From Gammaproteobacteria bacterium (GTDB lineage: Bacteria; Pseudomonadota; Gammaproteobacteria; UBA6429; Thiohalophilaceae): DNA of 49,549 bases. Shown piece by piece: positions 1 to 9,942 of this stretch; the first letter of the stretch is position 1, and each line of letters begins with the position of its first letter. The position numbers were made by a program, and so were the translations under genes. The stretch is taken from contig JAWOIE010000094.1 of the NCBI GenBank assembly GCA_046484825.1, positions 1 to 49,549 on the forward strand. The letters are read 5' to 3'. The notes under the pieces were generated by a model that did no database searches, had not been told where the DNA came from, and worked only from the letters and a program-made list of their open reading frames with translations.

Positions 1-229
1 GGTTCACGCGCCTGGCAAATGCTTCTGCAGAGCATCTGCGTAATTATGAAATCCTCGGTCATGGGTAAGTCATACACTTGCCCGATCTCGTTGAAGATCT
101 TAGTGTGTCCGAGCTGTTGCAGGGCAATCGCTAAGGTCAAAATTTATGGCGCATCAATAACGTCTCCACTCGCTGGCGGGTCACCGGTATCATCGCCAGC
201 TACTTCGGCAGGAAATATCTCGCACCCTA

Positions 230-973
230 ATGGACATCTCGACAATCCTTTTATTGACCGCCCTCATTTTCGCGGCCGCGGCGCTGTATGCCTCGGTCGG
301 GCACGCGGGGGCCTCGGGCTATCTCGCCGCTATGGCGCTGTTTGGCCTTGCGCCCCTGGAGATGAAACCGGCGGCGCTGTCGCTCAACATCCTGGTGGCC
401 ACGATTGCCACCGTGACCTATCTGCGCGCGGGGCGGTTTTCCTGGAAGCTGTTCTGGCCCTTTGCGCTGGCCTCGGTGCCCTTTGCCTACCTCGGTGGGC
501 TGCTCATGCTGCCGGGCGAATATTACAAACCCGTGGTCGGGCTGGTGCTGGTGTATGCGGCCTGGCGCTTTCTGCTCGATGCGGCCAAACCGGACTATGA
601 CCTCCGCCAGGCCTCGCTGGGGTTGATCCTGATCGCCGGCGCGGGGCTGGGGTTTCTCTCTGGCCTGGTCGGGGTCGGCGGCGGGATTTTTTTGAGCCCG
701 CTGCTCATCGCGCTGCGCTGGGAGACGGTGAAAAACATCTCCGGCATCGCCGCGGCGTTTATCCTGGTAAATTCCATCGCCGGGCTGGCCGGGTTTATGT
801 CCTCGCAGACACCGCACCTGCCGGACGGCATTGTCTACTGGGCGCTGGCCGCGGCGCTTGGCGGTTATATCGGTGCGCAATACGGCAGCAAGCGCTTTGC
901 GACGCCATTGCTCAAGCGCTTGCTGGCGCTGGTGCTGGTGATCGCGGGGGTGAAGCTGATGGCCGCGGTGTAG
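230..973 (+). CDS. TauE/SafE (DUF81) family anion/sulfite exporter, polytopic membrane protein
   Basis: 247-aa ORF that is hydrophobic throughout. It has the two Gly-rich half-repeats (SVGHAGASGY, LVGVGGGIFLSPLL) typical of TauE/SafE. Confidence 0.8.
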   Translation: MDISTILLLTALIFAAAALYASVGHAGASGYLAAMALFGLAPLEMKPAALSLNILVATIATVTYLRAGRFSWKLFWPFALASVPFAYLGGLLMLPGEYYKPVVGLVLVYAAWRFLLDAAKPDYDLRQASLGLILIAGAGLGFLSGLVGVGGGIFLSPLLIALRWETVKNISGIAAAFILVNSIAGLAGFMSSQTPHLPDGIVYWALAAALGGYIGAQYGSKRFATPLLKRLLALVLVIAGVKLMAAV

Positions 974-1402
974 CTCTGGATGATCGCCTCGACGGCATGC
1001 CCCCGGCGCACTCTAATACCTACATGGCCCCGGCCGGCTTCTCGACCCCTTCCCTCGCCTTCTCCCTGCTGCCACCCTGCGGGCGCCCTGGCGCAGTAAC
1101 GTACCGATAATTTCACGCACTGGTGCGTGTGCTAGCGCACATACCTTTCGCGGCTGTTACTTTTAAAGTAAGCATTCTGCCTATACCCCCATGTGCTTAA
1201 ATGTGCAGAACAACGATCGGTTACAGGGAACGTCATGCCGCATAGAGATTCACCAATATCATGGCTGGGTAGTGTACGCGAAACCAGGTGCAACGCTGCG
1301 GCTTTCCCCCGTGCACACCTGCTGATGAATGCCCGGTGCACTACCCTTACTTGCTATGGGCTATCTTCCAACAGTCGGCTGTCGTCATAGGGCAACTTTA
1401 TT

Positions 1403-2770
1403 GTGAGCAAAGGATTGCAAATGAATATACGCTTGGCGGATTTTATTCGGGCAGAAATAGAGCCGATTCTTCAGGACTGGGAAGCGTTTGCCAAAACCAT
1501 TCTTCATGCCAGGCAACTGGATAAGACCGAGCTACGCGACCATGCCAGGGAAATACTTCTGGTAATCGCCGATGATCTCGATTCATACCAGAGCGAAGCA
1601 GAACAGGATGCCAAGTCGAAAGGCTGTGGGCCGGAGGTTACGGAGGAGTCCTCGGCAGAAGTGCACGGTGGTGATCGACAGACCAGCGGCTTCAGCGTTA
1701 TGGAGACCGTCTCCGAGTTTCGCGCCCTGCGTGCGAGCGTGGTGTCACACTGGACGAAGGCGTTCCCAACGATTGTCGGTCAACAGATTGAAGACCTCAC
1801 CCGATTCCATGAGGCGATAGACCAGGCCGTCGCCGAATCGCTGGAGCAATATACGGTCGTAAAGGAGATGGAAACTCGCCTGTTCGGCGCCATTCTTGTC
1901 GCATCACCTGATCCGATTTACGTGCTGAATCCCGCAGGAAGATTTGTCTATGCCAACAAGGCTACCGCCGATCTTTTTGCTATGGAGCCCGAGGCGATCA
2001 TCGGCAAGTCCTACTTTGACCTAGGATTTTCATTCGCCTCGGATTTTCAGCGTAATCTTGAAAAGGTGATTACTGAGCAGTCCACCCACCGGGGCAAATT
2101 CGTCCACACATTTGCGTCTGGCCAGGGTGAGCGGTTCGAGTATCTGCTTGCGCCCGTGCTGGACAAGCAGCAAAACATCGAAGCAGTAGTCTGCATTTCC
2201 CGGGATATTACTGAGCAGGCGCTCGCGGAAGAAAAAATATGGCACAACGCCCACCACGACCTTCTGACCGGGCTGCCGAATCGACGTCTTTTCATGGATC
2301 GTCTCGAACAGGAGATCAAGCATGCCAATCGCACTCGCCTGACGCTTTCCGTACTGTTCATGGACCTTGATGGCTTCAAGGAAGTCAATGACTCGCTCGG
2401 CCATGAAGCGGGGGACCGTTTACTGACTGACGTGGCAAAGCGCCTTACTGATTGTGTCCGAGAGGAAGATACGGTTGCCCGATTGGGCGGCGATGAATTT
2501 ACCGTAATTATCACCGGTGCCAAGCACCGAAGTGAAGTTGAGCTTGTGGCCCAGGCGATTATTGATGCCCTCGCAAGGCCCTTTCATATTGCACAACCAC
2601 CTATCCAGATTTCCGTCAGCATTGGCATCACCCTTTACCCGCAGGACGCCGCCACGCCTGTCGCTCTGCTAGAAGCCGCGGACCAGGCCATGTATAAGGC
2701 CAAGAATTCTGGTGCCAACCGGGTGTGTTTTTACGAGACATCCGATCATGCAGACAGATGCTCGGCCTGA
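1403..2770 (+). CDS. Diguanylate cyclase: RsbRD_N-like N-terminal domain + PAS + GGDEF
   Basis: 455-aa ORF with a GTG start (an alternative ATG lies at 1421). The C-terminus reads HHDLLTGLPNRRLF...RLGGDEFTVI...MYKAKNSGANR, which is a GGDEF domain. A PAS-like segment (PDPIYVLNPAGRFVYANKA) precedes it. Confidence 0.9.
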   Translation: MSKGLQMNIRLADFIRAEIEPILQDWEAFAKTILHARQLDKTELRDHAREILLVIADDLDSYQSEAEQDAKSKGCGPEVTEESSAEVHGGDRQTSGFSVMETVSEFRALRASVVSHWTKAFPTIVGQQIEDLTRFHEAIDQAVAESLEQYTVVKEMETRLFGAILVASPDPIYVLNPAGRFVYANKATADLFAMEPEAIIGKSYFDLGFSFASDFQRNLEKVITEQSTHRGKFVHTFASGQGERFEYLLAPVLDKQQNIEAVVCISRDITEQALAEEKIWHNAHHDLLTGLPNRRLFMDRLEQEIKHANRTRLTLSVLFMDLDGFKEVNDSLGHEAGDRLLTDVAKRLTDCVREEDTVARLGGDEFTVIITGAKHRSEVELVAQAIIDALARPFHIAQPPIQISVSIGITLYPQDAATPVALLEAADQAMYKAKNSGANRVCFYETSDHADRCSA

Positions 2771-2923
2771 GCAATGCCACCCTGGCCAGGACATTCCACG
2801 CTTACGCTACTGACCCGGACGCCCAGCACGCGTTGCCCTATTGCCAACGATGCGTTCAACGATCACGGTCTTCTATACTGGCACAGGATTTGAGCATGGC
2901 GAGTAAATTACCAGGACTGAATC

Positions 2924-3619
2924 ATGCCCAGGCGTCATTTTGAACAACACTACAGTCAACGCATCGGCTGGTTACGCGCCGCCGTGCTCGGCGCCAATGA
3001 CGGCATTGTCTCCACCGCCAGCCTGGTGGTCGGTGTCGCCGCGGCCAATGTGGATCGCGCAGGCCTGTTGATCACAGCGGTCGCCGGGCTGGTGGCAGGC
3101 GCCATGTCCATGGCCGCGGGCGAATATGTGTCGGTAAGCTCGCAGGCGGACACGGAAAAGGCGGACCTCGCGCGCGAACAATACGAGCTGGACAACAACC
3201 TGCAGTTCGAGCGGGATGAGCTCAGGGATATTTACACGGGACGGGGGCTGGATAAAGCACTGGCGACGCAGGTTTCCGAACAACTCATGGCGCATGATGC
3301 CCTGGGGGCGCATGCGCGCGATGAACTCGGCCTGTCGGAAACGCACCGGGCACGGCCAATCCAGGCCGCCCTCGCCTCCGCGATCACCTTTGCAGGCGGC
3401 GCGGCACTGCCGGCGACACTGGTGGCGGTGGCGCCGCTACCACACATGATAGCAATCGTCGCCGTCAGTTCATTGATATTCCTGGGCCTGCTGGGTGCCA
3501 TTGCCGCAAAGGCAGGCGGCGCCGGCCTGCTCGGCGGCACGGTCCGGGTCATGTTCTGGGGCGCGCTGGCGATGGCCATTACCGCGGTCATCGGGCGCAT
3601 TTTCGGTGCAGTCGTTTGA
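2924..3619 (+). CDS. VIT1/CCC1 family Fe/Mn transporter
   Basis: 231 aa. Contains the motif LRAAVLGANDGIVSTASLVVGVAAA, a central acidic helical region and C-terminal transmembrane helices. Confidence 0.9.
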   Translation: MPRRHFEQHYSQRIGWLRAAVLGANDGIVSTASLVVGVAAANVDRAGLLITAVAGLVAGAMSMAAGEYVSVSSQADTEKADLAREQYELDNNLQFERDELRDIYTGRGLDKALATQVSEQLMAHDALGAHARDELGLSETHRARPIQAALASAITFAGGAALPATLVAVAPLPHMIAIVAVSSLIFLGLLGAIAAKAGGAGLLGGTVRVMFWGALAMAITAVIGRIFGAVV

Positions 3620-3634
3620 GGGCACGCACGTCTC

Positions 3635-4252
3635 ATGTATCGCGGTGAATGGTTTAACAGTCTGAGTCACCTGCTGGGTGCGGTGGCGGCGCTGGCGGGT
3701 ATGGTCGTGCTCGTGGTGTTTGCCACGCTGCAGGGTGACGTCTGGAAAATCGTCAGCTTTAGTGTTTACGGCCTGAGCCTGTTTTTGTTGTACCTGTTTT
3801 CAACGCTGTATCACAGTTTCAACGGCGAGAAGAAAAAACTGTTTCGCAAGTTTGACTACATCGCTATCTACTTGCTGATTGCCGGTAGCTATACCCCTTT
3901 CGCCCTGGTGACTCTGAATGGGACATGGGGCTGGTCATTATTCGGTGTGGTCTGGGGACTGGCGATCATCGGGATTGTCCTGGACGCCCTGCCCACGGAG
4001 GGGCGACGCATCATCCCCATGATCATCTATGTGTTGATGGGCTGGCTGGTCATCGTGGCCATCAATCCCTTGCTGGACTCCCTGACCACCACCGGTGTTA
4101 TCTGGCTACTCGCCGGGGGACTTTGCTATAGTTTCGGGCTGATCTTTTTCGCGCTCGATTCACGCTATCCTGTGTTTCATGCGATCTGGCATTTATTTGT
4201 CCTGGCCGGCAGTACTACGCACTATATTACGATTTTTCTCTACGTGTTGTAA
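3635..4252 (+). CDS. Hemolysin III / PAQR family membrane protein
   Basis: 205 aa with 7 predicted transmembrane helices. Motifs: NSLSHLLGAV, STLYHS, DYIAIYLLIAGSYTPF, HAIWHLFVLAGS. Confidence 0.9.
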   Translation: MYRGEWFNSLSHLLGAVAALAGMVVLVVFATLQGDVWKIVSFSVYGLSLFLLYLFSTLYHSFNGEKKKLFRKFDYIAIYLLIAGSYTPFALVTLNGTWGWSLFGVVWGLAIIGIVLDALPTEGRRIIPMIIYVLMGWLVIVAINPLLDSLTTTGVIWLLAGGLCYSFGLIFFALDSRYPVFHAIWHLFVLAGSTTHYITIFLYVL

Positions 4253-4284
4253 GCTTGCCTGATTTACACAAGCCGGGGTAAGCC

Positions 4285-5208
4285 TTGCCAAAGCAGCCGC
4301 ACAGTTTTGCATCTTTTCTTCACTATCCCGGTTCCGCGCACCTTGGCCTGGCGCTGGCCTCGCTGTTCTGGGCCGGGAATTTCGTGGTGGGCCGCGCGCT
4401 ACGCGATGTGATCGATCCGCTCACGCTGAACTTCTGGCGCTGGTTACTGGCCCTGGTGATTTTGCTGGTGCTGACGCACAAGTTGCTGTGGACATACCGC
4501 CGCGAACTGTTGCGCCACTGGTTTCTGATCCTGGCGCTGGGCCTCACCGGCATCGCGGCTTTTCATACCTCGGTGTATATCGCACTGACCACCACCACCG
4601 CGGTCAATGCGCTGCTGCTGTTTACCCTGACGCCGCTGCTGATCATGCTCGGCGCGTGGCTGTTTCTCGGCGAGCGCATGCACGCCATCGCCCTGCTGGG
4701 CGTGATAGTGTCGCTGGCCGGGGCGCTGGTACTGATCGCACACGGTGATGTGCAGAATTTGCGCGACCTTAGCTTCGGCCACGGTGATTTGTGGATGCTG
4801 CTTGCGGTGGTAATGTGGGCCGCCTACTCACTGTTGCTCAAGCGCAAACCACCGGCGTTGCCGCAGACCGCGCTGGTCAGCGCCACGACCCTCGCCGCGC
4901 TGGTGTTGATGCTGCCATTTTATCTGTGGGATACACGCACCGATCTGCGTGTACTATTGAGTGCGGAGGTCCTGTGGGCGCTGGTGTATGTCGCTCTGTT
5001 CGCCTCGGTGCTGGCGTTCTGGTTGTGGAACCGTGGCGTGGCGCGCATCGGTGCGGCCAAGGCCGGCACCTACCTGTACCTGATGCCGGTGTTCGGTGCG
5101 CTGCTCTCGTATGTCTTTCTCGGCGAGGGGGTGCAGTTATTCCAGCTTATCGGCGGGGCACTGGTGATCACGGGGATTATGCTCAGTAATCGACGGGGAG
5201 CACGCTGA
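4285..5208 (+). CDS. DMT superfamily (EamA-like) transporter
   Basis: 307 aa, TTG start. About 10 transmembrane helices in two EamA-like halves (WAGNFVVGR..., WAAYSLLLKR...). Confidence 0.85.
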   Translation: MPKQPHSFASFLHYPGSAHLGLALASLFWAGNFVVGRALRDVIDPLTLNFWRWLLALVILLVLTHKLLWTYRRELLRHWFLILALGLTGIAAFHTSVYIALTTTTAVNALLLFTLTPLLIMLGAWLFLGERMHAIALLGVIVSLAGALVLIAHGDVQNLRDLSFGHGDLWMLLAVVMWAAYSLLLKRKPPALPQTALVSATTLAALVLMLPFYLWDTRTDLRVLLSAEVLWALVYVALFASVLAFWLWNRGVARIGAAKAGTYLYLMPVFGALLSYVFLGEGVQLFQLIGGALVITGIMLSNRRGAR

Positions 5209-5368
5209 GATCACCTTTGCTACGTTGCTGCGCAACACTCCCTGCACAGGCGACCGGACAATCCGTGTCTATAAAAATTTTCAATATCCATCGCCGGGCC
5301 ATGTCGTGCGCAGGGTCTATACTTTATATTCTCTGGCGTCACGCCTCACTCATATATTGGAGTCCACC

Positions 5369-5590
5369 ATGTTTCTCAAGCAAAAAACCAGCGGCCACAT
5401 GGTCGAGATCATCAACCTGCCAGACCTGATGAACCTCAACCGCCACGAGGTCGTCGGCCGTTACCAGGAAGGCGAGGAAGAACAGGACCCGGAGACATTC
5501 GACAAGACCGAGCTGGTCTTTCTCTCCGGCGAGGCCCTGCCGCGCTGCTGGACCGATCCACACTACCGCGATGAGGAATTGACACACTAA
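5369..5590 (+). CDS. Small acidic conserved hypothetical protein (73 aa)
   Basis: Internal ATG of ORF 5225..5590, preceded by TGGAG 6 nt upstream. Protein-like sequence (MFLKQKTSGHMVEIINLPDLMN...PRCWTDPHYRDEE). The longer 5' extension has no RBS. Confidence 0.5.
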   Translation: MFLKQKTSGHMVEIINLPDLMNLNRHEVVGRYQEGEEEQDPETFDKTELVFLSGEALPRCWTDPHYRDEELTH

Positions 5591-5619
5591 GCCACTCTGT
5601 TTAGTGTGTCCCGCGGGGC

Positions 5620-6588
5620 ATGCGCGCTCACGCGCCTGTACAACAACCCGACGGCAGGGAGGCCGTCCGCAAAAAAACGGGCAGGGCCTTGCAGGCACAC
5701 AAGCATACGCTCATCAGGACGATCGTCCTTACCGCGCTGGCGTTGATCGCCTTTGCCGCCAACACCGTGTTGTGCCGCTGGGCGCTGGCCAAGCCGAGCA
5801 TCGACGCGGCAAGTTTTACCACCGTGCGCCTGGTGAGTGGCGCGCTCACGCTGTACCTCATCATCATGTTCAACCAGACCGCCCGGCGCGCCACAGCACG
5901 CGGCAGCTGGCGCGCGGCGCTCATGCTGTTCGGTTATGCCATCACCTTCTCCTACGCCTATATCACGCTGGATACCGGCACCGGCGCGTTGATCCTGTTC
6001 GGCTCCGTGCAGATCAGCATTATCCTGGCCACGGTCTTTCGCGGCACCCGTCTGCATGGCGCGGAGTGGCTGGGGCTGGTGATTGCCTTCGGCGGCTTTG
6101 TCTATCTGGTACTGCCCGATGTGACGACACCTTCACTCAGCGGCTTTGTGCTCATGACCCTGGCCGGGGTCTCCTGGGCGTTTTACACCCTCATCGGCCG
6201 CGGCTCGGCGGCGCCGCTGCTGGACACCACCTACAATTTCATCCGCACCCTGCCGTTCGTGGCGATGGTCATGCTGCTGGGGTTGCGCGACGCGCACGTC
6301 TCGACCCAGGGCATAGCGCTGGCCGTGATCTCCGGCGCCATTGCCTCCGGCATCGGTTACACCATCTGGTATATGGCGCTCGGCGGGCTCAGCACTACCA
6401 TGGCCGGGGTGCTGCAATTGCTGGTGCCGATCATCGCCGCGCTCGGCGGGGTCGTGTTCGTGGGCGAGCCCATCACCCTACGCATGAGTATCGCCGGCAT
6501 TTTAATCCTCGGCGGTATTCTCCTGGTCATTCTCGGGCCTTACTATTACGCGCAACGCAACACCCCGACAAAAACCACCTCGGGGTGA
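5620..6588 (+). CDS. DMT superfamily (EamA-like) transporter, second paralog
   Basis: 322 aa with two EamA-like halves. The overlapping 338-aa ORF in another frame is Arg/His-rich and not protein-like. Confidence 0.85.
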   Translation: MRAHAPVQQPDGREAVRKKTGRALQAHKHTLIRTIVLTALALIAFAANTVLCRWALAKPSIDAASFTTVRLVSGALTLYLIIMFNQTARRATARGSWRAALMLFGYAITFSYAYITLDTGTGALILFGSVQISIILATVFRGTRLHGAEWLGLVIAFGGFVYLVLPDVTTPSLSGFVLMTLAGVSWAFYTLIGRGSAAPLLDTTYNFIRTLPFVAMVMLLGLRDAHVSTQGIALAVISGAIASGIGYTIWYMALGGLSTTMAGVLQLLVPIIAALGGVVFVGEPITLRMSIAGILILGGILLVILGPYYYAQRNTPTKTTSG

Positions 6589-7093
6589 CACCGCGGGTAT
6601 GCCGTGGTCTTCCGCGCTAGAATCACACCACGTCTTAGCTCGGGGCGGGGTCTGCCCCATGAGCATCGCGAATGTCTTGGCTATAAGGACATATCATGTA
6701 CAAAAACTATGCACGTTGTTGAAATAACAAAATAAAGGTATAGAATTCAGCCTCACGCAGGCTTCCACGGCCTTTTTCAGGGGGATAATGATCGTTTTGA
6801 CGAAGATGCCTCGTGCTGCACAGGGTCTGACCCAGCCAAACTGATGGCGCGCCCAAAAGGATTTGCCTGGGCACAACCGGGTTAACGGGATGGCGATTAT
6901 CCGAAACTACACTAACACCGCATTCGGCTTGCTTGTGCCGGAAGACGGTAGCGGAGACCTGGGCAAGCCGCATCCGTCAGGGTTAGAGTGAAACTCAAAG
7001 GGGCTCCACCGTGCGGTCATAGACTGCCCCTTTAAGCAGCAGGTATGGCAGGGTTCACGATAAATCGGAATTTTACTTAGTGAGGAAATTATA

Positions 7094-7414
7094 GTGTCAC
7101 AATTCGTATTTGTTTATTTAGGCGGTAATCAGCCATCAAACCCGGAGGAAGCGGGCAAACATTTTGAGAAATATATGCAATGGCTGTCATCGCTCGGTGA
7201 CGCGGTTGTCATTCCGACCATACCATTAAAGGATACCAACACCGTAGGCTCTGATGGCACGGTCAGAGAAGGCGGCAGTAGTTCCATGTCCGGCTTCTCG
7301 ATCATTAAGGCGGACTCCATGGAGGCGGCTCTAGCGATTGCTCAGGCGTGTCCTTTTCTTGAAATTGGCGGTTCACTTGAGGTGTCCGAGTTAATGCAGG
7401 TGTCTATGCAATAA
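7094..7414 (+). CDS. YCII-related (dimeric alpha/beta-barrel) domain protein
   Basis: 106 aa. GTG start preceded by GAGGAAA. The C-terminal part GFSIIKADSMEAALAIAQACPFLEIGGSLEVSEL resembles YCII-like proteins. Confidence 0.65.
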   Translation: MSQFVFVYLGGNQPSNPEEAGKHFEKYMQWLSSLGDAVVIPTIPLKDTNTVGSDGTVREGGSSSMSGFSIIKADSMEAALAIAQACPFLEIGGSLEVSELMQVSMQ

Positions 7415-7637
7415 CACCCGCGGAAGGCATCCATAGTGTGCAGGCCAGGTGGCGCAGGCTGGCGAGAGGCAGGTCGTAAACTAATTTCCGCTAATTCGGC
7501 ACCCCATAAACTACAGCCACATCCGGCTGTGTCAACGCCCTGCCCTGCCCACACGTCAATAGCTGCCACCGGAAAATTACTGCGCCCGCGACATTTTTCG
7601 CCAGGTTCCACTATCACCGCCACAACTGGGCTGAGCA

Positions 7638-8690
7638 ATGAAGTTCGTATGTTACTCCGACTGGGATCAACTCCCCGCCAGTGCCAATGTGCTCTTTGAA
7701 CAGGCTGAAAAAGACAGTATCTTTTTATCGCGCCCGTGGTTTGAGAGCCTGACCGCCACAGCGCTTGATGATGACCATACTATGGTTTTGGCCTGCGTAG
7801 TGACTGGAAACAAGGTACAGGCCATTCTGCCTCTGCTCATCTGTAGCGGGAATGTCGGCTACGCCCTCAAGCATCGCTATACGCCGGTTTATAGTCTGCT
7901 CCTTGCGCATGATGGTCAACCGCAGGTGCTGGCCTGCCTGGGTCAGGGTTTGAGTCAATTACCGCGCAGTGGGTTTCTCCTGGAGCCGGTCGCCGACAAT
8001 GATAGCAACTTAGACGGCTTGCAAAGGGTCCTGGAAACGGCCGGGTATAGCTGTGAACGCATTTTTCGGCACTATAACTGGATATATCGCCTGCAGGCGC
8101 CGTCCTATGAAAACTACATGGCAGAACGTCCTGCCCAGCTGCGTAATACCCTCGCGCGTAAAAAGCGTAAACTTGAGCGTGAACACGGTTATACGCTGCG
8201 TCTTTTTACGGGAGACGAAGTCCCACAAGCCATGTCCGATTACTATGCGGTCTACACTGCCAGCTGGAAAGCCAATGAACAGTACGCGGACTTTCTCGAT
8301 GACATGGTGAAGCGTTTTTCCACAGCGGGATGGTCGCGGCTCGGGGTGCTTTATATCAGGGGCCAGGCCGCCGCGGCACAGCTCTGGTTTGTCTGCCATG
8401 GCAAAGCGAGCATATTCAGACTTGCATATGACGAGGCCTGGAAGCGTTATTCACCGGGTTCCATACTGACCGCCTTCCTGATGGAACATGTAATCGATAA
8501 TGAGCAGGTAACGGAGGTGGACTTTCTGACGGGTAATGACGCTTACAAGCAGGACTGGATGTCGGATCGCAGAGCGCGTTACGTCTTGAGCTGTGTAAAA
8601 AGCGCACGGCCCGCAGGCAGGTATAAATTGTTTATGCAATCACTCAAGCGTATACTGAAACAATTATCAGGAGCTGATCCCGAACCATGA
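7638..8690 (+). CDS. GNAT-fold acetyltransferase of the CelD/BioF2-like (Acetyltransf_6) type
   Basis: 350 aa. The architecture and C-terminal half (YYAVYTASWKANEQY...LYIRGQAAAAQLWFV...YDEAWKRYSPGSIL...DFLTGNDAYKQDW) match CelD-like GNATs. Confidence 0.7.
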   Translation: MKFVCYSDWDQLPASANVLFEQAEKDSIFLSRPWFESLTATALDDDHTMVLACVVTGNKVQAILPLLICSGNVGYALKHRYTPVYSLLLAHDGQPQVLACLGQGLSQLPRSGFLLEPVADNDSNLDGLQRVLETAGYSCERIFRHYNWIYRLQAPSYENYMAERPAQLRNTLARKKRKLEREHGYTLRLFTGDEVPQAMSDYYAVYTASWKANEQYADFLDDMVKRFSTAGWSRLGVLYIRGQAAAAQLWFVCHGKASIFRLAYDEAWKRYSPGSILTAFLMEHVIDNEQVTEVDFLTGNDAYKQDWMSDRRARYVLSCVKSARPAGRYKLFMQSLKRILKQLSGADPEP

Positions 8691-9325
8691 AACTGACACA
8701 AAAATCCTTTCTGAACGGCACTCGAGAATTTGAGCTTATTGATGACGTCGTTAGTGTGCGCGTCAAGAAATTCTTCACGCAAGAAAAGCACTCTGTCGGG
8801 CTGTTAATCCTGAACCCTGAACCCGTGGTTAATGGACCATATCTTGAGTTTCATGACCGTTTCAAAGGCCACCTACTACTGTCGCTGCGGTTAAACGAAC
8901 CCAACACAGAGGAGTTCAATACCTTTGTTACTGCGCTGAAGCAGGGCGCGTTAAGGCTTACTCCCCCTGTTGCAGAAGCAGAGGCCTCAGACCCTGAATC
9001 TTCACGGCGTCAGGCCCTCGCCCGAAATATGTTTGAGGAACCTCCGGAGTTCGCCGAGCCGGATGACACGCAAGCGAAAGCCAGCTTTATACCTGTCAAT
9101 GCCGCAAGACTGGCTGATGACATAGTTATGCTAAAAACCTACCTGGATGAGCGCGACATAAGGCCCCTGCTCGACGTCCTTGAAACGCTCGTAGAGGAAC
9201 CTCAAAACGAAGCAGCCTATCAGAAGATGTTAGACACCTACAATGGGCTGGGTATTCTTTCAGGCGCGGTATTGACCTATGCGCCTTATCTCAAGGTTCT
9301 GCTCTCTCAATCTATTAGCCTGTAA
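8687..9325 (+). CDS. Hypothetical protein, translationally coupled to the upstream GNAT (ATGA overlap)
   Basis: 212 aa. The N-terminal half looks beta-rich and the C-terminal half is acidic and helical. I do not recognise a family. Confidence 0.55.
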   Translation: MKLTQKSFLNGTREFELIDDVVSVRVKKFFTQEKHSVGLLILNPEPVVNGPYLEFHDRFKGHLLLSLRLNEPNTEEFNTFVTALKQGALRLTPPVAEAEASDPESSRRQALARNMFEEPPEFAEPDDTQAKASFIPVNAARLADDIVMLKTYLDERDIRPLLDVLETLVEEPQNEAAYQKMLDTYNGLGILSGAVLTYAPYLKVLLSQSISL

Positions 9326-9396
9326 CACTGAAAGTTGCGGGCTCAGAATTTGAGTGTAAAAAAGCAACATCTGCAACATTCAGGAAGAAATAATAA

Positions 9397-9936
9397 ATGA
9401 TTGAGGTAGTCTTCCTGGCAGTCGCATTAAGCATGGATGCGTTTGCAGTATCTATTGGTCTTGGGTCAAAACAGAAATCAGCGCCATTACCTTTAGCGAT
9501 AAAAGCCGGATTGTATTTCGGAATCTTTCAGGCACTAATGCCGCTCATTGGTTATCTTGGAGGAAAAGGTGCGTTAGCCTGGATTGAAGATTATGCACAT
9601 TGGATTGCATTCCTACTGCTGGCACTGATCGGCGGGAAGATGATTTATGAATCCTTCTCGGAGGGCATAGAGGCAAATATATCCAATATTACGCACAGAG
9701 TCATGTTTATGCTTGCTATTGCAACCAGCATCGATGCGCTGGCGGCGGGTTTTACATTAACACTACTCGGCACGAATCCATTTATTGCCTGCATAATAAT
9801 CGGTCTTGCCACTTTTAGCCTTAGTTGTCTCGGTGTATTCATAGGCAACAAAAGCGGTACCTGGCTGGAGAGTAAAGCCGAATTATTCGGCGGTGTCATA
9901 CTTATAGTCATCAGCATAAAAATACTGTTTACATAG
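9397..9936 (+). CDS. mntP: Manganese efflux pump MntP
   Basis: 179 aa. Contains [15 protein letters not shown] and the repeat [12 protein letters not shown], which are characteristic of MntP/YebN. Confidence 0.9.
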   Translation: MIEVVFLAVALSMDAFAVSIGLGSKQKSAPLPLAIKAGLYFGIFQALMPLIGYLGGKGALAWIEDYAHWIAFLLLALIGGKMIYESFSEGIEANISNITHRVMFMLAIATSIDALAAGFTLTLLGTNPFIACIIIGLATFSLSCLGVFIGNKSGTWLESKAELFGGVILIVISIKILFT

Positions 9937-9942
9937 TCATAC

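Noticed and set aside
1-229. Possible 5' end of a minus-strand gene leaving the window (open frame ...TLAIALQQLGHTKIFNEIGQVYDLPMTEDFIITQMLCRSICQARE, with possible starts at TTG 140 or ATG 62), and the plus-strand ORF 19-600.
   Set aside because: There is no RBS at either candidate start and too little sequence to recognise a family. ORF 19-600 overlaps the TauE gene out of frame and is Gly/Arg/Ala-rich.
5604-6620. 338-aa ORF overlapping the second DMT transporter in another frame.
   Set aside because: The product is Arg/His/Gly-rich with no hydrophobic periodicity. The 5620-6588 frame gives a typical 10-transmembrane EamA protein.
6937-6964. B12-box-like string GCCGGAAGAC...GGAGACCTGGGC, plus GGCGATTATCCG upstream, suggesting a cobalamin riboswitch. 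A weak fluoride-riboswitch resemblance (GGGATGGCGATTATCCGAAAC) is also present.
   Set aside because: The other conserved cobalamin elements (GGGAA...GGTGAAAATCC...GCCACTG) are not present in the right order. The fluoride motif lacks the CTGATGA/CCT 3' half. The downstream genes are unrelated to B12 or fluoride. Only a covariance-model scan could revive this.
9326-9396. Possible yybP-ykoY Mn2+ riboswitch upstream of mntP, as in E. coli.
   Set aside because: The spacer is only 71 nt, with none of the conserved four-way-junction sequence features visible. mntP may instead be read through from the upstream genes.
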